Source: an uncultured Bacilli bacterium
GTDB lineage: Bacteria > Bacillota_I > Bacilli_A > RF39 > UBA660
Assembly: GCA_934167485.1 (NCBI GenBank)
Contig: CAKPKL010000002.1
Coordinates: 16,422-80,421, forward strand
Direction of reading: 5' to 3'
DNA length: 64,000 nucleotides
Shown: positions 47,672 through 55,094 of the stretch, piece by piece
Numbering within the stretch: position 1 is the stretch's first letter
Layout of the letters: every line of letters starts with the position of its first letter
The notes under the pieces: model-generated
What the model saw: only the letters and a program-made list of their open reading frames with translations
Database searches by the model: none
What the model was told of the DNA's origin: nothing
Translations under genes and position numbers: made by a program

Positions 47672-48799
47672 ATGAAAAACATATCAAGATTTAGAGTTGA
47701 TATTGGTATATTTTTATGTATAGTTTTGTTTGCTTTGATAAGTATTATAACCATTGGAAGTGCGCAAAACTTACTTAGTGATGATACTAATTTAATGTTA
47801 AAACAAATACTTTGGTACTCTATTGGTTTTATAATTATTTATTTAGTTATGATTATAGGCAACAATTTTTTATATAAGAATGCTTGGATATTATATATAA
47901 TAGGAGTTATCTCGTTAATATTAGTATTATTTTTTGGAGCTGATATCAATAATGCTCGTTGTTGGTTTAAAATTAAAGGTATTGGTAATATTCAACCTAG
48001 TGAATTTATGAAAATTATATTAATTATCATTAATGGTAAAATGATTAATAATTTTAAAGAAAATTACCCAGATCCTACTATAGAAGAAGAATTTAAATTT
48101 TTACTTAAAGTATGTATTGTCGTAGGTATACCTGCTATTCTTACATTCTTGCAACCTGATACTGGTGTTGTACTTATTTATTTATTAATCACTTTAGTAA
48201 TGCTTTTTGTATCAGGTATTAGATATAGATGGTTTGCTATATTATTTGGTATGTTTGGTATTATAATTGGTATCATACTTATTACATACTTTGTTAATAC
48301 TGATTTATTTATTAAAATATTTGGTACGTCTTTCTTTCTTAGAGTAGATAGATTATTAGATTGGTCAAGTGGTAGTGGATATCAACTTGAAAATGGTATT
48401 ACTTCTATTGGTAGTGGTGGTATGCTAGGTTATGGAATTAATAATACTCCGATATATTTTCCAGAACCTCAAACAGATTTTATTTTTGCTGTATTTGCTA
48501 ATAACTTTGGATTTATTGGTTCTATATGTCTTTTAGGACTTATTACTTTTTTTGATTTAAAACTAATTAAATTAGCAGTTGAAAATCCAAATAATATAAA
48601 TAAATACGTTATAAGTGGTATTATTGGTATGCTTATATACCAGCAATTACAAAATATTGGTATGACTTTAGGTCTTATGCCTATTACAGGTATTACACTG
48701 CCATTTATAAGTTATGGTGGATCTAGTCTTTTAAGTTATATGATTATGGCAGGAATAATATTTAATATATCAAATGAGAATATAAGATATAGAAATTAA
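47672..48799 (+). CDS. SEDS-family peptidoglycan glycosyltransferase (FtsW/RodA/SpoVE)
   Basis: Motifs: IQPSEFMKI, LQPDTGV, PEPQTDFIFAV, GITLPFISYGGSS. ~10 TMs. RBS GGTGAT. Confidence 0.9.
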   Translation: MKNISRFRVDIGIFLCIVLFALISIITIGSAQNLLSDDTNLMLKQILWYSIGFIIIYLVMIIGNNFLYKNAWILYIIGVISLILVLFFGADINNARCWFKIKGIGNIQPSEFMKIILIIINGKMINNFKENYPDPTIEEEFKFLLKVCIVVGIPAILTFLQPDTGVVLIYLLITLVMLFVSGIRYRWFAILFGMFGIIIGIILITYFVNTDLFIKIFGTSFFLRVDRLLDWSSGSGYQLENGITSIGSGGMLGYGINNTPIYFPEPQTDFIFAVFANNFGFIGSICLLGLITFFDLKLIKLAVENPNNINKYVISGIIGMLIYQQLQNIGMTLGLMPITGITLPFISYGGSSLLSYMIMAGIIFNISNENIRYRN

Positions 48800-48800
48800 A

Positions 48801-48829
48801 AATAGTGTTAGCATAAACACTATTTTTAT
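48801..48829. terminator. Bidirectional terminator between the convergent SEDS gene and prepilin-like gene 2
   Basis: Stem AATAGTGTT / AACACTATT (48801..48809 and 48816..48824), flanked by an A-run upstream and a T-run downstream. Confidence 0.7.
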
Positions 48830-48898
48830 ATGTTATCTTTTAATTTAATTGTAGTTACTCTCGTTTGAAGCTCATTTACCGAATGTTTTTAATCGATA

Positions 48899-50032
48899 CT
48901 AAATTCGGAAAGCCACAGCCACGCCAACAGTATAATTAGCAGGTCCGTTTCCCAAACTACCACTGTCGCCAACACCATCAAAAGCATAAGTACAATCAGA
49001 AGTAGCAGAGCGAAACCACCAAATTGTTGAACTTCCATTATAGTTCTTAATTGCTCCTGAATTACTATCTGTCGTTACTCCATTTGTCTTATAATAATCT
49101 AATTGTCTTGTCTCTGCTTCTGCTGTATCAGATGTTATTGTATTAGTTGTTCCTTCTTTTCCATATACTTCTTTTGTCGATAATAAGTATATTTTATCTT
49201 CTGATGTGAAATTTGTCTCTCCACTTGTTGATCCATGGCCTGACACTACTTTTGTATTTATTATATTTTCCTTTAATCCTTCTGGTAATGCATTATATAT
49301 ATCATTATTTACATATGTTCTCATTTCACTTGCTGGCCATCCACCTACATTAGTATCACTTGAATTCATTGTACGTTCTGTTATTATATCTACAAATTCT
49401 ATTACAAATCCACATGCTGTTTGTGAAAAGCCTTCCGTATTACATTCTTCTGGTGTGGAATTGTTTGCTACTCTTATTGTATATAATCCATTACTATTTT
49501 CTTCTGTATTTGTAAATCCTGTAAGTGCTATTTCTTTTGTATCTCCTACTTTATATGCGCTTGTATTTCCTGCTTTTACATTTGCTACTATTGTTTCCCA
49601 AGAATCTTCACTAAATGATTTTGGGGTTGGTATTGTTGTATACACTAATTTACCCTGTGCATTTTTTACTATTGTTTTTCCTTCTTCATATTTTAATGTT
49701 ACATCTTTTATATCACCATTTGAAAATGTTATATTTCCACTTTCTGGCATTTCTCCTTCTACATCTACTTTTAACTCTTCAGTGCTTCCATCACAATATA
49801 ATTTTTTATTCTCTATTTTACATGTATTAGGATTATATGTTGCATCTTTCATTTTTTCTTTTGCAACCGTTTGTTCTACTGCACTTATATAAAATTCCGC
49901 ACTTCTAAGTAAACTTGACTCCTTTGTATCTTTTATTATATCCAATACTATTGGAGTAGCTATAAGTGCGATTATAGCTAGTATTACTATGACTGCTAAT
50001 AACTCTATTAAAGTAAAACCTTTTCTTTTCAT
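48899..50032 (-). CDS. Prepilin-type N-terminal cleavage/methylation-domain protein, paralog 2 (377 aa)
   Basis: The leader is MKRKGFTLIELLAVIVILAIIALIATPIV. The first 67 nt (49966..50032) are identical to 28929..28995. The C-terminus is STIWWFRSATSDCTYAFDGVGDSGSLGNGPANYTVGVAVAFRI (WWxRS...GV.xAF motif). Confidence 0.85.
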   Translation of the reverse strand: MKRKGFTLIELLAVIVILAIIALIATPIVLDIIKDTKESSLLRSAEFYISAVEQTVAKEKMKDATYNPNTCKIENKKLYCDGSTEELKVDVEGEMPESGNITFSNGDIKDVTLKYEEGKTIVKNAQGKLVYTTIPTPKSFSEDSWETIVANVKAGNTSAYKVGDTKEIALTGFTNTEENSNGLYTIRVANNSTPEECNTEGFSQTACGFVIEFVDIITERTMNSSDTNVGGWPASEMRTYVNNDIYNALPEGLKENIINTKVVSGHGSTSGETNFTSEDKIYLLSTKEVYGKEGTTNTITSDTAEAETRQLDYYKTNGVTTDSNSGAIKNYNGSSTIWWFRSATSDCTYAFDGVGDSGSLGNGPANYTVGVAVAFRI

Positions 50033-50061
50033 TTTATTCCTATTACTCCTATTCTATGTAA

Positions 50062-50090
50062 ATTATACTAAAAAAGATTGATTAAATCAA
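50062..50090 (-). promoter_or_regulatory. Promoter TTGATT-17-TATAAT of prepilin-like gene 2
   Basis: Minus strand reads TTGATT (50090..50085, inside the ileS terminator stem), a 17-nt spacer, then TATAAT (50067..50062). The same arrangement is kept upstream of the remnant at 43091..43118. Confidence 0.55.
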
Positions 50091-50092
50091 TC
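50071..50092 (-). terminator. Rho-independent terminator after ileS
   Basis: Stem GATTGA / TCAATC (50076..50081 and 50087..50092) with a 5-nt loop, followed by a minus-strand T-run (plus-strand A-run 50071..50075). Confidence 0.6.
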
Positions 50093-50096
50093 TCTT

Positions 50097-53000
50097 TTAA
50101 ACTCTTTCTACATCTATATAAGTCATATGACCATTTAAATCAACTTCTTCAGTTAGATTAAATTTAACTACTATGTCTACTGATAAAGTTTCATTTTTTA
50201 TAAATTCTTCAAACTTAGATACAGCTTCTGTTACCTCATCGTCACCATTATAATAAAGTGTTATACGATCAGCTATATCAAAATCTTTAGCTTTTCTCAT
50301 ATTTTGTACTTTAGATACAAGTTCACGAGCTATACCTTCCATAATTAAATCGTTAGTAAGTTCAGTATTAATTATAATGAAATTATTAGAGTCTGTAGCT
50401 ACATCGAATCCTTCTTTTGAATTTGTTCTTATATCTACCATAGAATGTGTTATATCACATTCTTTATCTCCTATTGTCATTTTAATTATTTCATTATTTT
50501 GAAGTTTACTTATATCATCTATAGATAAATTTAATAATTTTTCTTGGAATTCTTTTATAAGAGGTCCAAATGTTCTTCCAACTTCTTTAAAGTTTGGTTT
50601 AACAGTAAAATTCATATAGTTTTCTACATCACTAATAAATTTAACTTCTTTAACATTTAATTCTTCCTTTATCAAATCAACTAAATCACTTATTAATGAT
50701 TTATTTTTAGTATCCAATAATGCTTCTGTTAAAGGTTGTCTTACTTTAATTTTTACTTCTTCTCTTATATTTCTTCCAAGACTTATTAAATCTCTTACTA
50801 AATCCATTCTAGATTCTATCTTTTCATTTATTAATGTCTCATCGCATTTTGGATAATCAGCTAAATGCACTGACTTATTACCTGTTAATTTAGTATATAT
50901 TTCTTCTGATGTAAATGGTGAGAATGGTGCGATAAGTTTACAAACACCTACAAGTACATCATATGTTACTTTATATACTGCAAGCTTTGATGTATCATTA
51001 ATTGAAGCCCAAAATCTTCTTCTATTTCTTCTAATATACCAATTAGATAAATCTTCTGCTACAAAGTTTTGTATTTCTCTAACACTTGTAGTTAAATCAT
51101 AATTATCCATACTATTAGTTACTTTTCTTACTAATTTATTATATTTAGATAATAACCATTTATCTATTTCTTCCATATCTTCATATTTTATATCATATTC
51201 TTTTGGATCTATATTATCTATATTAGCATACATACTAAAGAATGCATATGTATTTTTTAAAGTATTAAAGAATTTTGATTGTACTTCTTTTATGCCATCT
51301 TCATCAAATCTAAGTGGTGTCCATACTGGTGATGTATATAACATATACCATCTAATAGGATCAGCACCATATTTATTTATTACTGTAAAAGGTTCTACTG
51401 CATTACCTTTACTTTTATGCATTTTATGACCAAATTTATCAGTAATTAAATCATTTACAAGTACGTTTTTATAAGGACTTTTACCTGTTACAAAAGTTGA
51501 TATAACAAGTAATGAATAAAACCAACCTCTTGTTTGATCTATTCCTTCACTTATAAAATCAGCTGGAAATTGAGATTCAAACAATTCTTTGTTTTCAAAT
51601 GGATAATGATATTGTGCGAATGGCATAGAACCAGAATCGAACCAACAATCCATAACTTCAGTTATTCTTGTCATAGCCTTACCACATTTACTACATTTAA
51701 TATGTACATCATCTACATAAGGTCTATGAAGTTCTATAGTCTCATCAATATCTTCAATAGATTTTTCTACTAATTCTTTACGTGAACCTATCATTTCTTT
51801 ATGACCACATTCACATTCCCATAAAGGAATTGGTGTACCCCAATATCTATTACGTGATATTGCCCAATCATTTAAATTGTCTAACCAATTACCAAATCTT
51901 TTTTCTCCTACATAATCTGGGTGCCAATTAACTGTCTTATTAGCTTCAATTATTTTATCTTTAAAGTCAGTTACTTTTATATATAAACTTGGTTTAGAAT
52001 AATAAACTAATGGTGTTTTACATCTCCAACAATGTGGATAATTATGAACCATTTTTTGTTTTTTAAATAATTTATCATGACTTGATAAGTATTTAATTAT
52101 TTCTATTTCTAACTCTGGATCTACTACAAGTCTTCCTTTCCAAGGCCCTTCTTTATAGCAACCATTTTCATCAACTGGATTTAAAACAGGTAAATCATAT
52201 TTAAGTCCAACCTCATAGTCATCTTGTCCAAATGCTGGTGCGATATGAACTATACCAGTACCATCTTCCATAGTTACATAATCTGCACAAGTTACAAAAA
52301 ATGCTTTTTTATTTACTTTTAAGAAATCTAAGTATTGTTCATATTCTAAATACTCTAATTCTTTTCCTTTATATTTTTCTACTACTTCGTAATCATCACC
52401 TAATACTTTGTTTGCTAATTTTTCTGCTACTATAAAATTATATCCTTTAGATAAACATTTTACATAAACTTCATTAGGATTTACACAAGCAGCAACATTT
52501 GACATAAGTGTCCAAGGAGTAGTTGTCCATATTAGTAAATATGTATTATCTTGATTTTTTACTTTAAATGGTACTGTAACTGTATTAACAGTTATTTCCT
52601 TATATCCTTGAGCAACCTCATGACTTGCAAGACCGGTACCACATCTAGGACAATATGGAAGTATTTTAAGTCCATTATAAATTAATCCTTCATCAAAAAA
52701 TTTCTTTAATATCCACCATTCAGTTTCAATATAGTTATTATCATATGTAATGTATGGATGTTTTAAATCAATGAATTGTCCCATTTTGTTAGTAAAATCC
52801 TTAAAAGCCGCTTCATTTTTCCAAACACTTTCTCTACACTTTTCATTAAAAGCTTTTATTCCATATTTTTCAATATCACCTTTACCATTAAAGCCTAATT
52901 CTTTTTCAACTTGAACTTCAACTGGTAATCCATGTGTATCCCATCCTACTTTTCTAAGTACTCTAAATCCTTGCATAGTTTTATATTTACAATATGTATC

Positions 53001-53195
53001 TTTTAATAATTTAGCAAGCATATGATGAATACCTGGCATTCCATTTGCAGTAGCTGGACCATCATAAAATACAAAGTTCTCACTATTTTTTCTATTTTCT
53101 ATTGTTTGTTCTAATAAATCCTCTTTAATAAATTTTTCAGTTAAATCACTTTCTACATCACTATTTTTTCTTTTATCTAATTCTTTAAATTTCAT
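50097..53195 (-). CDS. ileS: Isoleucine--tRNA ligase (long, type-2-like, 1032 aa)
   Basis: HIGH region is PGIHHMLAK. KMSKS is HKMHKSKGN. WTTTPWTL and WCISRQRYWG-like WAISRNRYWGTPIPLW are present, plus Zn-finger-like CPRCG and CWRCKTP. RBS AGGAGGT. Confidence 0.95.
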   Translation of the reverse strand: MKFKELDKRKNSDVESDLTEKFIKEDLLEQTIENRKNSENFVFYDGPATANGMPGIHHMLAKLLKDTYCKYKTMQGFRVLRKVGWDTHGLPVEVQVEKELGFNGKGDIEKYGIKAFNEKCRESVWKNEAAFKDFTNKMGQFIDLKHPYITYDNNYIETEWWILKKFFDEGLIYNGLKILPYCPRCGTGLASHEVAQGYKEITVNTVTVPFKVKNQDNTYLLIWTTTPWTLMSNVAACVNPNEVYVKCLSKGYNFIVAEKLANKVLGDDYEVVEKYKGKELEYLEYEQYLDFLKVNKKAFFVTCADYVTMEDGTGIVHIAPAFGQDDYEVGLKYDLPVLNPVDENGCYKEGPWKGRLVVDPELEIEIIKYLSSHDKLFKKQKMVHNYPHCWRCKTPLVYYSKPSLYIKVTDFKDKIIEANKTVNWHPDYVGEKRFGNWLDNLNDWAISRNRYWGTPIPLWECECGHKEMIGSRKELVEKSIEDIDETIELHRPYVDDVHIKCSKCGKAMTRITEVMDCWFDSGSMPFAQYHYPFENKELFESQFPADFISEGIDQTRGWFYSLLVISTFVTGKSPYKNVLVNDLITDKFGHKMHKSKGNAVEPFTVINKYGADPIRWYMLYTSPVWTPLRFDEDGIKEVQSKFFNTLKNTYAFFSMYANIDNIDPKEYDIKYEDMEEIDKWLLSKYNKLVRKVTNSMDNYDLTTSVREIQNFVAEDLSNWYIRRNRRRFWASINDTSKLAVYKVTYDVLVGVCKLIAPFSPFTSEEIYTKLTGNKSVHLADYPKCDETLINEKIESRMDLVRDLISLGRNIREEVKIKVRQPLTEALLDTKNKSLISDLVDLIKEELNVKEVKFISDVENYMNFTVKPNFKEVGRTFGPLIKEFQEKLLNLSIDDISKLQNNEIIKMTIGDKECDITHSMVDIRTNSKEGFDVATDSNNFIIINTELTNDLIMEGIARELVSKVQNMRKAKDFDIADRITLYYNGDDEVTEAVSKFEEFIKNETLSVDIVVKFNLTEEVDLNGHMTYIDVERV

Positions 53196-53836
53196 TTTTT
53201 ACCTCCTAATTTTTTTACTTTTTGATTGTTACACTCATTTAATGTTTCTATTAATAAATTTGAATCAACCATATGAGATAAGAATCGTAAATCAAAACTT
53301 ACCATTATATCATCTATATCTTTATCAATCACTATATCTGTTTTACATCCTACAAGATAATTTACATTAGGAGTTGTAACAGCACTACAATGATCTATCA
53401 TTTTTCTACCATCATACTGTATTTCATTTATATCCATTTTATAATTAAATGTATATTCTTTATTTGGACTAATTATAGATAATATAATCATAGGATAATT
53501 ATCATATGAATACTTAATTCTTTTATCATTATTTAATTTATTATTAATAGTATATTTACCAATACAATACATATTAGTTTTTAAACTATATTTAAAATTA
53601 TTTATTTCTTCTCCAGTAATATGAGCTAAAGCACTAACGAAATCTTTTAATCTTACTTTAATCATATTATCATTTAAATATTTATTTAATTCCTTCTTTT
53701 TTTCATCTAAACAATCTTTTTGTGGCTTCATAAAATGTTTAAATTCTTTATATTGTCTTTCTATTTCTTTTCTTATGCATTTTAATTCTTCTGCCTGTTT
53801 TTGATATCTTTTTATTTTATCCTCTACTTTTTCCAT
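53192..53836 (-). CDS. Hypothetical protein (214 aa) between the T-box leader and ileS
   Basis: RBS AGGAGGG lies immediately after the T-box terminator. ATGA stop/start overlap with ileS (53192..53195). There is an N-terminal charged coiled coil. No motif recognised. Confidence 0.65.
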   Translation of the reverse strand: MEKVEDKIKRYQKQAEELKCIRKEIERQYKEFKHFMKPQKDCLDEKKKELNKYLNDNMIKVRLKDFVSALAHITGEEINNFKYSLKTNMYCIGKYTINNKLNNDKRIKYSYDNYPMIILSIISPNKEYTFNYKMDINEIQYDGRKMIDHCSAVTTPNVNYLVGCKTDIVIDKDIDDIMVSFDLRFLSHMVDSNLLIETLNECNNQKVKKLGGKK

Positions 53837-53847
53837 AAACCCTCCTA

Positions 53848-54030
53848 ATAAAAAAAACTACTATGACATAGGGGCCTAATATAGACTGTACCACCCTATT
53901 TCATAATAGTTACTATTATCTTTAAACTATAACGCGTTACCGTTTTAATCTTATCCATCAAAAACATCAAGAGTGATTTATATAATAATTACTTACTTGT
54001 TTGCACCAACCACAAGCTCTCTTTAAGATA
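53848..54030 (-). promoter_or_regulatory. T-box riboswitch leader (candidate Ile specifier AUC)
   Basis: Minus-strand elements:
- AG-bay AGAGAG.
- Upper stem CTTGT...ACAAG capped by the GGTTGGTGCAA distal loop.
- S-turn-like AGTA.
- AUC followed by A (53977..53975).
- T-box sequence AATAGGGTGGTAC (GGGTGGTAC is 53896..53888).
- Terminator arms ACTATTATGAAATAGGG / CCCCTATGTCATAGTAG followed by TTTTTTTT (plus strand 53850..53857). Confidence 0.8.
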
Positions 54031-54033
54031 CTT

Positions 54034-54062
54034 ATTATATCGTCTCCATCAAATGTTTTAAA
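54034..54062 (-). promoter_or_regulatory. Candidate promoter TTTAAA-17-TATAAT for the T-box leader
   Basis: Minus strand reads TTTAAA (54062..54057, overlapping the divIVA stop), a 17-nt spacer, then TATAAT (54039..54034). Confidence 0.45.
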
Positions 54063-54540
54063 AATCTACTTTTTCAATATCATCAACCATTTCTAGTTGA
54101 GCTTCTATTATTCCTCTTAATTTACGTTTGAATACATTAACATTTCTTTTAAGCATTTCTGCTTCCATTTCTGTTTTTTCTGCTTTGAGTAGGGATTCAT
54201 TAACTATACGACTAGCATTCTTTTTAGCATCCTCTAAGATTATTTCAGATTCTTTATGAGCATTAGATTTAATTTGATCTGAAGTTTTTTGAGCCATCAT
54301 AAGTGCCCTATTTAAAGTTCCTTCAAGTCTTTCATAGTGAGCAAGCTTCTCCCTTGCACCTTTAGTTCCCTCTAACATGCTCTCTAATTCTTTAATCCTC
54401 TTATCTTTTAAAGCAATTTCGTGATTTTTTATCTTATTATCATCAATCATCTTTTCTACTTGTTTGATAATTTGATCCAAGAATCTATCAACCTCTTCGG
54501 GAGTATAATTTTTAAATGTCCTATTATTTTCCATAAGCAT
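54058..54540 (-). CDS. divIVA: Cell-division protein DivIVA
   Basis: FKNYTPEEVDRFLDQIIKQVEKMI matches the DivIVA N-terminal pattern F......GY...EVD.FLD, followed by a coiled coil. The track start at 54552 is TTG; I prefer the ATG at 54540 (GAGGG upstream). Confidence 0.85.
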   Translation of the reverse strand: MLMENNRTFKNYTPEEVDRFLDQIIKQVEKMIDDNKIKNHEIALKDKRIKELESMLEGTKGAREKLAHYERLEGTLNRALMMAQKTSDQIKSNAHKESEIILEDAKKNASRIVNESLLKAEKTEMEAEMLKRNVNVFKRKLRGIIEAQLEMVDDIEKVDF

Positions 54541-54604
54541 CTCTACCCTCAAACGCTGTGCTTAATATATTAGCACACATATTCTAATTTTTCAAGTATT
54601 TTTT

Positions 54605-55006
54605 TTACCATTCTAGATTAATATTATCTTCATCAGTTTCTTTTTCTTTATCATTATCATCAGTAATCTTACCTTGTACATTTATGTTATTTGGAGTACA
54701 CAAAAAAATTCCACTACCAATCTTTTGTATATTACCCTTAATCGCATATATAGTACCACTTAAGAAATCCATGATTCTTTTAGCTTGATCACTTGTAACT
54801 CTTTTTAAATTTACTACTACAGTATTTCTTTTTTTCAAATGATCAGCTATTTGTTGAGCTTCTGAATAAGCACGTGGTTCTAAAAGAATCATCTTAGCTC
54901 CACCTTCCTCAGTAAGCGCATCCTCTGCTTTTAAATCATAGTATTCATTACTGTTACCAACTTGATTTTCCTCTTTATCATTAAATAAACCTTTGATAAA
55001 ACCCAT
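54605..55006 (-). CDS. sepF: Cell-division protein SepF
   Basis: [67 protein letters not shown] is the typical SepF core. RBS GGAGGA. Confidence 0.9.
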   Translation of the reverse strand: MGFIKGLFNDKEENQVGNSNEYYDLKAEDALTEEGGAKMILLEPRAYSEAQQIADHLKKRNTVVVNLKRVTSDQAKRIMDFLSGTIYAIKGNIQKIGSGIFLCTPNNINVQGKITDDNDKEKETDEDNINLEW

Positions 55007-55094
55007 GTTTATTCCTCCAATTCTAACGTCTACTATAAGTATTTTAACACATAATTAATAAAAATGGAATATTTTCATATACTTTTTTTCGACT

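Noticed and set aside
49206-49892. A 228-aa plus-strand ORF (and a 71-aa ORF at 49615..49830) antisense to prepilin-like gene 2.
   Set aside because: The minus strand carries a textbook prepilin leader, an RBS, a promoter and a family C-terminal motif. The antisense product is low-complexity hydrophobic sequence with no RBS. The absence of antisense stops is explained by the Thr/Gly/Asn/Glu-rich codon composition of the sense gene.
54553-54604. The hairpin GTGCT-AATATATT-AGCAC between sepF and divIVA, considered as a terminator.
   Set aside because: No U-tract follows it on the minus strand. It lies ~10 nt before the divIVA RBS, so at most it is a stabilising or processing stem-loop. There is not enough evidence to annotate it.
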